Below are positions 24,014 through 36,200 of a stretch of 64,000 nucleotides of DNA, in pieces (the first letter of the stretch is position 1; every line of letters begins with the position of its first letter). Source of the DNA: Massalongia carnosa (taxonomy: Eukaryota). The stretch covers positions 868,001-932,000 of the forward strand of contig OZ287086.1 in the NCBI GenBank assembly GCA_965645245.1. The letters run 5' to 3'. Made by a program: the position numbers and the translations under genes. Below the pieces are notes generated by a model. The model saw only the letters and a program-made list of their open reading frames with translations, ran no database searches and was not told where the DNA came from.

Positions 24014-25180
24014 ACTAGTACATTGATGTCATCGACGAATCCGAGTCCACTCGTTTTCGTGCCGGGCCTGTTACATATGTCTAGTAAATCCGCATTGTAG
24101 AACAAATACAGAATGGGAGAGATGGGTGAACCTTGCGGAATTCCGGTTCTCGCATCAAACTCGTCGGTGGTTCGTCGGTTAATCGTAAGAGTCCTTCTGT
24201 TTTTCGAAAAGCATTCTATCCAGTTGGTGACCCACTGTGGAATTTTTCTTCTTCGAAGATTGTGGATCAGTCTTTGATGCGAAACCGTGTCGTACGCGCC
24301 GGCCACGTCCATGCTGAGCAGCGTGGCAACTTTATCATTACCTTGACCCCACACTGTGTGAATCTGTTCGGTTAACAGCTCTAGTGCTGACTCGGTGGAC
24401 CTTTCCCGTCTGTCTCCCATCTGGGTGCCTAGTAGTAACTCGTGCTTTTCGGCCATATGAGTGATCTTGCTTGCCATGATGGCTTCTATCACCTTGCCTA
24501 ACGTATTCAGCGGTGCTATCGGACGATAGGCCTTTTTCAGCGTTATCGTATGCGCTGTACTGAATGCTCGCGGGTGATATCCCAGATTTACGCACGCCTG
24601 AAATAGAGGAGTTAACAACTCGGTCAACGTCTCAGAGCACGCTTTGAAAACTCTGTTGGGTATGCCATCCGGTCCAGGAGCCGTGTCGGGTTTGAGGCGT
24701 AGAATCTTCGTGAGCACCTCTTTCTTCGTTATGACTGTTGGGCCCTCCGAGGCTGCCGGATAGACCGACCCGGGTATGTCCTGTAGATCCGCCGGAAGCG
24801 GAGCAGGAAAGAAGATGCCTTTTAGCATTTCAGCCTTCTCTTCGAAGGTGTTCGCGCTGTGATTGTTGAAAGTCAGTGTTGGCATTTTTGGTATTTCGCG
24901 CGACTTGTGACTCTTGTCCTTTGCCCATTTCGGCAGCCGCCATATGCCCTGAGATGATTCAGACGCTTTACTGATAGCGTTTCGGAATGACATTGTTTTT
25001 TGCTTTCTTGATTATCTTTTGCTTTTTATCATTCAATTTCATGTACGTTTTCCAGTAATTGAGATTTCGAGAGGCTGTCCGAATTTTTTGAATTCTGCTT
25101 GTTTCTCTCATGGCGTTGTTGCAGTCCTCGTTCCAGAATGGTTTTGCATAAGCACTAGGCATTGCCCATGGAACGGCCGC
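24014..25180 (-). pseudogene. LINE ORF2 RT region (part of chimera A)
   Basis: APGPDGIPN, YRPIAPLNTLGK, DVAGAYDTVSH, GIPQGSPISPILY and GFVDD motifs. Confidence 0.92.
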
Positions 25181-27079
25181 AGCTAAGAATGATAAAATAG
25201 AGTTGACGTCTCCTTTGTGAAGTCTCTATTCCAGTTTTCGTTCATCTTACTTGTGCGTATTACGGCCCAAAAATATTGATGAATTCTACGATTGGGGTAA
25301 ACGACGTCCCTTTCGCCCAGGTCAAACCCAGTTTACTCCTTAAGCATATATCAAGGGCGAGTCTAGCCGTAGCCCATGCGCCAGCGAACCGACGGTATCT
25401 AGTTACGAGCGAGATAGACATTCCCTGCTCTATATACACCGACTTGCGCATACTGTCCTCTAGGGCTATGCAGATGGTCTCCGAACGGTGGCAGCCATTG
25501 CACACCACGCCTCACGGGTTTTTTACACCCACTTCGCGTTATTCATAAAGGTCTCCCGTTTATGAACCGACCATGTCTCGCAGGGATTTCGACCACTATG
25601 CTCCTGACCAGGCAGTATAGTATCGATTTTCCGTCCCTACTAACCAAAACGAATCGAGGACAACTCGGAGGGGTGCTCGTTTGAAATTCGTCTATTAGCT
25701 CAGGGCCTAGACTGTTATCAATTAACGGGTTCCTCGTATATTGCCCTCTTCTTGTCCCAAGGGTGTCCTATTTGATGACTAGGTTGCCTCTACCATCCCC
25801 GGTACGACTCCGGTTCGGGCCGTATTGCTCACGGTAGCCATCAATCGGATGGTTTTCATAACCCAAATCCCTCGGTATCGTGTAGGGTATGACCCTACAC
25901 TATGTGTCTATATGTTTTATTTCTTTCAGCCGGAGGGCTCTGTGTTGTAGACGAAGGAGACCCGTTTTATAGAAATAGCTGACCCGTGTCGTACGTCTCT
26001 AGCTCTCAGCCAATGACTGCATGAAAGGACTTGAACCTTTAAGAGTATGACCGAACGTTGTTAACGAGGTCTATGAAAATCTTATTAACGAGGTCTTCGA
26101 GAACAATATTAACGAAGTTCCGCTGAACTCTTTTCATTCGTTTTGTGATCTATCGAGGTCTACCCGTGTCAAGTCCACACCATGCCCGTGTCAAAATGCA
26201 TTATTTTCAGCTGATGACTGCTAGAAAGGACTTGAACCTCTAAAAATATGTACTCCGATATTAACGGGGTGCAGATCTGTCTTAACGAGCCCCCGCAGAA
26301 CCCCCTTCACAGGGACGTGTTATTGATTTGTTACTGTGTTTTTTGTGACTGTATTTTTTGTGACTGTATGTTTTGTGGCTGTGTGTTTTGTGACTGTGTG
26401 TTTGTGACTGTATGTTTGTGACTTTGTGCTTTGTGACTGTGTGCTTGGTACAACGTGTGATTGATGACTATATTTTTTGTGACTCTGTGTTTTCCTCGAT
26501 TTTATTTAATAGGCCGGGCCTGTTAAATGGGATATTTTTATTCTGCTCCGAGATGGAGTTTTCTTGATGTGACAGCATTCGCCCCGGTGCCTTTACACGT
26601 TCTGTTGATCCAAGCTGATGACTACATGGGGAGACTTGAACTCTCAGGAGCTAGAATGCGTGTCGACTGTGCCCGGGTAGGGGATGATGCGGCTCCTTTG
26701 GTCCACATCTTCTTCCAGCTGATGACTGCATGAAGGGACTTGAACCCTTAGAAGCATGGTGCAGGGAGGCGCGCATTCTACCCCCCGGCGGTTGGTCTTC
26801 GTATCCTCTTCCGTACGTACGTCTGCGACGCGTGTGAACGCGTTAAATTTGAATTATTTTGATGCGAAAAGGTAGGAGCAAATCTATATGTTTGACGGTC
26901 GCCCCACGGTGAGGCCATTGGCGTCTCCGTGGTGAGGGCCGATAGTGTAGAAGGAGGAGGACCGATGGTGTAGAAGGAGGACCGATGTTGTAGAAGGAGG
27001 AGGACCGATGGTGTAGAAGGAGGAGGACCGATGGTGTAGAAGGAGGAGGACCGATGGTGTAGAAGGAGGAGGTCCGATC
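25181..27079 (-). repeat. Non-coding passenger sequence, copy A (inverted relative to 33541-35480)
   Basis: Colinear reverse complement of 33541-35480, with mostly transition differences in the stretches compared. Includes a 23-bp array (26937-27079) and a TGTGACTGT-type array (26335-26480). Confidence 0.92.
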
Positions 27080-27260
27080 GATAAAGACTAATGAAATCAT
27101 ACACGAAATAATTGTATTGTGATATTTTAATCTAATCAACACAAAACTTTCTGTCAAAATATGAGCAATCTTGAAGACTAAATTTTAAAACGTAACATCA
27201 ATAAATATCATTAATGTCATCTTGAAAATCAATATAAATAGAATGAAAGATTGTGAAATC

Positions 27261-28282
27261 TGTGACGAAGCGAGAAAGTGAATAGATTTCTACTATTGCG
27301 CCACCTGTCCTTCCCGACCAAAAGGCACAATACTTAGTCCGCAGACCAAGCTCTATTCTACTATAACTGGGACTCCTGCTATGTTCGCTGTAGATCCTGC
27401 CGTCCGCACCACGCATGGTCGAACCGTTACACTACCGCCCGTCTAGTTGTGGCTAGCCCCTAGCCGCTTCCAGTTATAGTTAGCCCCGAAGAATGGGCTC
27501 TTCTTAGCGTACGGCCCTCGCCGATCCGACTTAGAGAGTTTTCATCCAACGCTTTCCCGTTTCGTCCTAGCTTCAGTCCGTCAAGCAAGGCGAAAAAGCT
27601 AGGAACTCAGGTCAGGAATCGAACTTACGACTAGTACACCGATTGATGACTAAGTATTCTGTGACGAAGCGAGAAAGTGAATAGATTTCTACCATTGCGC
27701 CACCTATCCTCCCGACCAAAAGGCACAATACTTAGTCCGCAGGCCAAGCTCTATTCTACTATAACTGGGACTCCTGCTATGTTCGCTGTAGGTCCTGCCG
27801 TCCGCACCACGCTTGGTCGAACCGTGTCAAGGACTGGGCAGGGGATTGAACTAATGTTCCTTGGAATTGGATTGGGTGATCAAGATGTCTTTATTAATAA
27901 GGCTATAGCTAGGTGATGGATTGCTATACAAGACGTCGGACAAGGAGTCAACAATCTAATTAACTTGTCCTTCCTTTTATATTTGTCTCGAACCCCTTTG
28001 CATGAAGATTCGATCAGTGTTCATCTCCCCCTATTAGGAGACGTACGGCACGAAGGTTTGACGAGGTGTTTGACGATAAAAGGTGGAGATGAGGATCTCC
28101 TGTCGTTGGTACGCTTTGATGGTGATGGTACAGCTTTGACCTGAAGCCGTTGAGAGGGGTCTAAACTCGATTAAGTTAATGAGATTCTGACTAAGCTGAA
28201 TAGAGGAACGGGAGCTTAGTCAGATTCATCTGCGGGATTGATTCTGGATCGGGTTAGTTCGATTTCATGACAAACCGTTACA
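27261..28282 (-). mobile_element. TRIM copy 2; 5' LTR split by a solo LTR
   Basis: LTRs at 27261-27431 and 27660-27824 plus 28278-28282; internal domain 27432-27659 matches 5458-5685; perfect TSD AAATC. Confidence 0.93.
27825..28272. mobile_element. Solo LTR (448 bp)
   Basis: TGTCA...TGACA ends, TSD AACCG, near-identical to 57350-57796. Confidence 0.93.
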
Positions 28283-28622
28283 AAATCGTAGATTAAAATT
28301 GTATAGAATATAATGATGCTTTCAATCAAATCAAGAACAAATTAATCGACGAAGTTAAAATGAATATAAGCTTCATAAAGATTCTGATACAAGACTTGTT
28401 ACTTAATAATATTACAAACAAGTATGATTTACTCATTGCACAATTTCTGCAGAAATTAAACACATGATATCATAAATTTCTCAAAAATCACAAAAAATCC
28501 TCATTTTATATGCAAAAAACAATACAAACTTTTAGATCTTTCACATTAATATTAACACTTTATTCTATAGAAGTAGATCATTTATAATAAGTTGTAATAT
28601 TTCAGAATACTTAATTAGAAAT

Positions 28623-28855
28623 TGTTATGATCTATCTAGAGACAAGTTATAGGGACGCTAGAAACGAATACAATAAAGATAAAGAAGAAAAAAGACAATT
28701 GACAACCAGAACCTGCTCCTATATATCCTCTTCTGCGTTGGTACCCATGTGGTATAGTCGTCATGGAATCTTCTAGTAGCTATGGGAACGAAATGGAAAG
28801 TGCCTGCGTGTTCCACCTACGATTCTCCTTGCCGGTGCCGAGTAGAATCGTGACA
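28623..28855. mobile_element. Solo LTR (233 bp)
   Basis: TGTTATGA...TCGTGACA ends with TSD GAAAT. Confidence 0.8.
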
Positions 28856-29132
28856 GAAATAGAACTTGTCACTAATTGTTGAATATTTAACTCTTACGAG
28901 TTTAATGAACATAGCATCTACGATTGCCCAAGATAAACAGAGCACCTACAGAATCCGTAGATACCGTATTAGGCTTAGCCTAAAGATTCGATAAGATCGG
29001 CTCGGATTATCTTATCACCGCGGTTAGTAGAGGGTAACTAGTAATGACAAAGACTGCTGAACAGCACTCTTTATCCTTAACAAATACTATCATAAATACA
29101 AATTTTATCATAGTTATATAGCTATAGTTATA

Positions 29133-31860
29133 GGGTACGGATAGAAGCACACCCCTTTGGTTAGCCACACACCCCCCTCGGTTAGCCACACACCCCCCTC
29201 GGTTAGCCACATACCCCCCTCGGTTACCCACACACCCTACCCTATAGTAGCTTAAGTTTGAAAAGTTTCTTCGGCCACCTTTCCTTATTGGCTGACCACC
29301 TTTCCTAACTAGGTTAAGCCGTTAAACTTTTCCCCACAACCTAATATTTTACTTAATCACCTGGCACGTGCCTAGCTGTACACCCCTTGCCAGCTCTGAC
29401 CCAACTTTTTCAAACGGAATCGATTGAGACCATCTTCGTCAATCAGACCACGATTTGATTAGACCAGTCTTTATGCAGCCTAGCTACTCCGCCTGTGGCC
29501 TGTATCCCGTGCCAGCTGATTCTGATTATCCCCCCGTGCCAGCTAATTCTGATTATCCCCCCGTGCCAGCTAATTCTGATTGTCCCCCTATGCCAGCTAA
29601 TTCTGATTGTCCCCCCATGCCAGCTGATTTCGGTTGTTTCTTTCTTCCACCTTGTCCCGCCTCTTTTCCTACACCTCGGGGTCGACCTCGTGGCCTTCCT
29701 CGTTTTCCGGGTGCTGGATCGGCTCTTTGTATAACACGTTCCACCTCTGGATCGACTATCTCGTTTATCCCAGCTGTCTCCATCTCGACACGTTCGAATT
29801 GAGAAGGTACTCGATTGGTAGAGGCCTCAAATGCTATGGTCCTTCTGTTGAGATTATCAGCTCCTTGAGGACGTCCTCGAGTTCTTGCCATCTCCGGTTC
29901 TTGCACCAATAGTAAGTCATTCCTCGTATTGGCAGGCATGGTTCTCTGAAACCTACAATAGTTAGTAATCGCAGGGAAACTCTGAATGTATCCAATAACC
30001 TACCTCCAATGTGGATGAACGTCTTCAATCAACAGACTTCCTTCCTCATACAACTTATCCTGGATTTTATGACTACATGGAAGTCCAGTTGTGATGGTGT
30101 AAGCATGGGTGCAAGGCCCCAATACTATTGGTCGTCCGACCACAAGATTGTACTGAAGAAGCATCTTTCGTAGGGCATGAGGGGTGACGAATCCGGTTAA
30201 TCGCTGAAACACTGGTTTTCGAAGATCCATGGGAAGTGGGTCTCTGGCTTCGTTGAATGTAATAAGATAGTTGTGAAGTTCATTGACCAATAGTAAGTTG
30301 ATGCCATCCACCACCGTCTTCAGATCTCCGGTCGATGATCCCAGCTGACGTTTCAAAACTGCATGACCGCCTTCACCTCGAGATGTCGTCGTGGTATCAA
30401 AATGCAACATCTTGTCAGTGTAGCATTTGACGAAATGATGCCGAAAAGACAAATAAGTTGAGGTGATATACTCCACGCAATTTCCAGGAATCGTACCACA
30501 AAATCGCCCCCATAGTTGCCAGAATTCCGGTTCGGTAGTGGCGTATACGATGGATTTCCATTCAGCAAAGAAGGCATCCCATGCTTCTTTGGTATCAAAG
30601 CTTTTCTTACAACTGGCTACGATGTTGTTGTTGATGTACCAAATGCAAAGAAGATGATTAGTGTTCGGAAAAGTCTGATCAATAGCGGACATCAAAGCAC
30701 GTTCCATATCAGTGACGATAACGACTGGATCAGGAAGTTCGAGTTGCAAATACAATGCCTTCAGATGAGACAATACCCACGTGTAATCGGCGATGGTTTC
30801 TGATGCCATGAAACAGAAAGCCACATAGAAATTTGTATGCAGACTGGTCTGACCACTTACAATAAGAAGAGGCATGCGATATCGATTTGTCTTGTAGCTG
30901 CAGTCCATTACCAACACCTCATAGTTTGTCTTCAGAAGAGTTTGGGAGCTTTCTCTGACGAAGAAGAGATGAGTGATACGATTCAGCTCATCTTTCTGCA
31001 TGTGGTATGTCCAATGCCCTCGTTCCAACTCTCGAATCAATGCCTGCACGGGGGTAATAGGTCCCAGAATGTCGCGACGCATCTGAGCTTTGTGATTATA
31101 GATATCTCGAGGTTTGAAAAGAGGATTAATAATCTGAGGATCGGCCGGATCGTCCGTGTTGACTGATCCCAAAGTGGGATCAGGAATGCGAAGACTAGAT
31201 AAAACTTTGGAAGGTGCTACTTGCACTGTTAATTGACGAGATATCTCATTTTTCACTTCTGCTGTCATAGCCATTCTTCTATGAACCGGATGGGCGCCAG
31301 CGAGACTGGACGAATGATTATGTTCCTCATTTACCACCTCCAGAATCCAGGCACCTCCATCTTCTTCCATTCGCTTAGCAGTCAGAAGAAACGGATATTC
31401 TATGCATCTACTGCTGGTATGACGTCTTTCCTGTCCCTGAGGACCTCGGTGCTTTCCTCCTCGATCACAAATCAATCAGGCCTTTCTTCTTATTCCGAGT
31501 TTCGATTTCTTGGTCCGGCTTAACACGATGGCATATCCTTGTGGGGCGGCATGCTCATTAACACGAATAACAAGGTCATCCAGTGATTCGAAGGATTGTC
31601 CATCTTCTGGAGGACGAAGACTCATGATGACGACGTGGCGTCAGTAATGCGGGGTATCAATGCAGGGAAAACGCAGAATGAAGATGCAGGATCAAAATTC
31701 CCTAGTTAGGAAAGATGGTCACCCGATAAGGGAAAGTGGCCGAAGAAACTTTTCAAACTTAAGCTACTTTAGGGTTGGGTATGTGGGTAACCACCGGGGG
31801 TGTGTGGGTAACCGAGGGGGGTGTATGGGTAACCAAAGGGGTGTGCTTCTATCCGTAACC
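29133..31860 (-). mobile_element. Mutator-like (MULE, Hop-like) DNA transposon
   Basis: TIRs of ~160-180 bp starting GG(G/T)TACGGATAGAAGCACACCCC with internal 21-bp subrepeats; TSD TAGTTATA (29125-29132 / 31861-31868). Confidence 0.93.
29450..31628 (-). pseudogene. MULE transposase (FAR1-like N-terminus, DDE core, SWIM-like motif, RGRP AT-hooks); disrupted or intron-containing
   Basis: VMDCSYKTNRYRMPL, VTDMERAL, HLLCIWYIN, TTSRGEGGH and GLPCSH in ORF 30000-31475; RGRP repeats in ORF 29553-29939. Confidence 0.88.
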
Positions 31861-32185
31861 TAGTTATATACCTATTTCAACACTGATTAAATGAATGTTT
31901 TCAGAAGTTTCCTTTTCTAAAGAGAGTAAGACAAATCAAGTCCTTCAATTTAGAAACAACGACTGACTCGGATTTTTTCATTATAAAACCTTCTATATTA
32001 AACATATGATTCATATTAATTATGATTATGTCAAACTTAAATCGAGACATCTGACTTTTTGACAGCGTCGCAGACATATACGTATGAAATCATAAATACT
32101 TTTTTATTGATTACGTAATACCTTCTACAATCTGACGATATCTATTTCGAAAAAAATATTTTCAGAAAGAATAACTATCGAGAAA

Positions 32186-33185
32186 CACGGGCGTTCAAGG
32201 CAACACCCGTCGAAGTTCTCGAAGCGGAAACGTTCATCGCCCCCATGGAGTTGCATCTGGACAATCTACAGATAAAATCAAGGTATCGTCTACGGCCCGC
32301 AGGGCAGGCGAAACTGATTTCCAAAACCTGCAACACAATAGCGAATAAGCTACAGGGTAAGGCAGGACGCAAAAGAACGCAACACCTCACCCCAGGAGAG
32401 TTGAAATAAATGGGCCATCAAAATGTTAAATAACGAGGCACCAGTCACAATGCCACCATCGCCCCCGCCCTGGTCCACACCCGACCCGGCGCACCTCGAA
32501 AAATGCACCACGACAAGCCATACCATAGAGAAACACACAAAGGCCACCACAGAACGCATCAAGGAACACTGGGACTCCAAATGGAAGACGTACCAGAACC
32601 GCATTCCCCGCCCGACAGAGGCAAAGTTGGGATCTCTCAGTAGGACAAGACTGAAGATGCACAACGACCTGATGAAAGCGGAAAGCGCGCAAACAACGTA
32701 AATTCGCACCGAAAAAATAGGCTTGGCAAACTTCCTGTTCAATCGTCGGGTACCGGGCGTTATGACCCCGGCCTGCTCGTGCGGATAGCAGAAGCAGATA
32801 GCCAAATACATTATTCTTACTTGCAGGCTAATCTACAGCAGATACGAAGTACTAAAACAAATAGGCACCAACGATTATCGAACGATCATTAGCTCGTCGA
32901 AAATGTTGAAAAAACTAACCACATGGATAATAAAAGCAAATTTGCTGACCCAATTTTCACTAGCATCGCAACTGTTATACGAGTGATAACTCTCATTTTG
33001 TCAAGGATTTCACAGAACATCGAGCGAAGAATGCAGTCCAGAAACGGAACACTTTTGGGATAATGGCGAAGTCTACATGGTTTTTATCTCTATAAAAGAT
33101 TTTCCCTGTAAGAATAAGTAGATAGCCCGCATGGGCCAGCCTTCGGCCGGTGTCAGATCGGTACAAGAATCAATCATCATCATCC
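32186..33185 (+). mobile_element. 5'-truncated Tad1-like LINE (third subfamily)
   Basis: AFKATPVEVLEAE and IRTEKIGLANFL motifs, 3' hairpins and (ATC)n tail; approximate TSD ACTATCGA(G/A)AAA at 32174 and 33186. Confidence 0.87.
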
Positions 33186-33295
33186 ACTATCGAAAAAACG
33201 TTGAGATCACTAAACGATTTATTCTCGTAATTGTTAATCTTAGATAACGAATTTTTTATTTTACTGTATTTAGTAAATGTTATCACTCTAATATT

Positions 33296-36200
33296 CAATA
33301 CCTATTCGACTTTCGACATGAAATAACAGACGCTGCTTCTCCGCCGAAAGTCTTACGAAGCGAAGTTACATCTGACTCGTCGTGGATTTATCAACATGAT
33401 CGATTTACAGCTTGATCACCCGCTAATACGCCTCAGATTCTTGCCCATTATCTTTAAACATTCATACTCCTTATTCGCTTCGGATCTTATACATCACAGT
33501 CATATACATTGTCATTTATTAAATAGCTATATAGTCAGACACTATCGGTCCTCCTCCTTCTACACCATCGGTCCTCCTCCTTCTACACCATCGGTCCTCC
33601 TCCTGCTACACCATCGGTCCTCCTCTTTCTACACCATCGGTCCTCCTCGATCTACACCATCGGTCCTCCTCGTTCTACACCATCGGTCCTCCTCGTTCTA
33701 CACTATCAGCCCTCCTCCTTCTACACCATCGGTCCTCCTCTTTCTACACCATCGGTCCTCAATACGGAAACGCCAAAAGCCTCACCGTGGGGCGACCGTC
33801 AAACATATAGATTTGCTCCTATCTCTTCGCATCAAAATAATGCTAATTTAACGCGTTCACACGCGTCGCAGACGTACGTACGGAAGAGGATACGAAGGCC
33901 AACCGCCGGGGGGTAGAATGCGCGCGTCCCTGCACTATGCTTCTAAGGGTTCAAGTCCCTTCATGCAGTCATCAACTGGAAGAAGATGTGGACCAAAGGA
34001 GCCCTATCATCCCCTACCCGGGCACAGTCGACACGCGTTCTAGCTCCTGAGAGTTCAAGTCTCCCCATGCAGTCATCAGCTTGGATCAACAGAACGCGTA
34101 AAGGCACCGGGGCGAATGCTGTCACCTCAAGAAAACTCCATCTCGGAGCAGAATAACAATATCCCATTAATAGGCCCGGGCTGTTTAATAAAATCGAGGA
34201 AAACACAGAGTTATAAAACACATAGTCATCAATCACACGGTGTACAAAGCATACAGTCATAAAGCAAACAGTCACAAATATACAGTCGCAAACACACAGT
34301 CATAAAACACATAGTCACAAAAAACACAGTCACAAATCAATAACACGTCCCTGTGAAGGGGGTTCTACGGGGGCTCGTTAAGACAGATCTGCACCCCTTT
34401 AATATCGGAGTATATATTTTTAGAGGTTCAAGTCCTTTCTAGCAGTCATCAGTGGAAAATAATTTATTTTGACACGGGCATGGTATGGATTTGACACGGG
34501 TAGACCTCGATGGATCAGAGAACGAATGAAAAGAGTTCAGCGGAACTTCGTCAATATTGTTCTCGAAGACCTCGTTAATAAGATTTTCATAGACCTCGTT
34601 AACAACGCTCGGTTATACTCTTAAAGGTTCAAGTCCTTTCAAGCAGTCATCGGCTGAGAGCTAGAGACGTACGACACGGGTCAGCTATGTCTATCACACG
34701 GGTTTCCTTCGTCTACAACACGGAGCCCTCCGGTTGAAAGAAATAAAACATATAAACAAATAGTGTAGGGTCATACCCTACACGATACAAGGGATTTAGG
34801 TCATGAAAACTATCCGATTGATGGCTACCGTGAGCAACACGGCCCGAACCGGAGTCGTACTGGGGATGGTGAAGGCAACCTAGTCATTAAATAAGACACT
34901 CTTGGGACAAGAAGAGGGCAATATACGAGAAACCCGTTAATTGATAACAGTCTAGGCCCTGAGCTAATAGACGAATTTCAAACGAGCACCCCTCCGAGTT
35001 GTCCTCGACTCGTTTTGGTTAGTAGGGACGGAAAATCGATACTCTACTGCCTGGTCAGGAGCATAGTAGTCGAAATCCCTGCGAGAAATGGTCGGTTCAT
35101 AAACGGGAGACCTTTATGAATAACGCGAAGTGGGCGTAAAAAACCCATAAGGCGTGGTATGCAATGGCGGCCACCTTACGGAGACCGTCTGCATAGCCCG
35201 AGAGGACAGTATGCGCAAGTCGGTGTATATAGAGCAGGGAATATCTATCTCGCTCGTAACGAGACACCGTCGGTTTGCTGGCGCATGGGCTAAGGCTAGA
35301 CTCGCCCTTGATATATGCTTAAGGAGTAATCTGGGTTTGACCTGGGCGAAAGGGTCGTCGTTCACCCCAATCGTAGAATTTATCAATAGTCTTGGGCCGT
35401 AAAATGCACCAGTGAGATGAACGAAAACTGGGATAGAGACTTCACGAAGGAGATGTCAACTCTATTTTATCATTCTTAGCCAGGGCATTGACAAAAATAT
35501 CCACCTCCACATGGGGCGGCACTCTTCTAAAGGCACGCCAGGTTTACACCGCCGTAGTCCGGCCGCCCATGACGTACGGCTCCACCATTTGGCACATGCC
35601 AAAAGAAATTCAAAAATCAAACGTTATCTCAAATAAACTGGCTGTCATACAAAACAAATGTCCAAGAAACATAGCCGGAGCTTTTAAAGTAACGCCCATA
35701 GCTGTACTTGAAGCAGAGACATTTATAGCCTCAATTGACATAAATTTAGATCAACTACAGGCCCAGACCAGACAACGCCTGTGTCGAAATAGTCAAAAGT
35801 GTTTCATCACAAATGCATGCAACAAAATAGCCAATAAACTTCGAGGTCGGGCAGGACGCAAGAGGGCCCCAGTCATCACTCCAGGAACGCTGAAATACCC
35901 CTGGGCCAAGAGAATTACATCGGATGCATATAACCCTCCAACACCGACACCAAATCTACCATGGGCCGAATACCCCCCGAATCTCGCCCGAGAAATAGGG
36001 GAGGCACGCGCCGCTCATAATAAAATAACTGCTCAAATAAAAAAACTACACACATTTGCATAGCAGGCCTCGTGGAGATCATATCAGGAACACACACCCG
36101 TTCCCACCCCGGCACAATCAGGTTCACTCTCCAAAAAACGCATCAAATTGCACGAAACTCTAGCCAAAGCGGAGAGCGCGCTAGCAATTCAGATACGCTT

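Larger units (their letters stand above)
7764..27079 (-). mobile_element. Chimeric retroelement A: non-coding passenger (27079-25181) fused to a 5'-truncated Tad1-like LINE (25180-24014 and ~9142-7764), with ~15 kb of nested insertions
   Basis: 15-bp direct repeat GATAAAGACTAATGA at 7749-7763 and 27080-27094. LINE ORF2 pieces are colinear (RT to GFVDDINVLV at 24014, resuming INIENSLIKPKADIRILG at ~9140). The 3' hairpin and tail lie at 7764-7830. Confidence 0.8.
28877..31882 (+). mobile_element. Solo copia LTR (family of 1247-1518 / 58884-59114) split by a MULE
   Basis: TGTTGAATAT at 28877 and ATTTCAACA ending at 31882; reverse-complement similarity to those LTRs; flanks CTAAT/CTGAT. Confidence 0.82.

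Noticed and set aside
26005..26750. Hammerhead ribozyme or C/D snoRNA from repeated CTGATGA
   Set aside because: CTGATGA and GAAA are not both conserved across the four motifs, and no stems I-III or paired D box are evident. The T-arm reading on the other strand fits better.
35114..35402. 82-aa and 90-aa ORFs shared by both passenger copies as real proteins
   Set aside because: They overlap on opposite strands, lack recognisable motifs, and their sharing follows from DNA similarity. A dN/dS test on more copies would be needed.
25181..35480. Two ~1.9-kb inverted repeats as giant TIRs of one composite transposon
   Set aside because: No shared TSD was found at the outer ends; each copy belongs to its own TSD-bounded LINE chimera.
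33296..35480. Passenger as telomerase RNA or rRNA
   Set aside because: No TAACCCTAA-type template or recognisable rRNA motif was seen; an Rfam search is still worthwhile.
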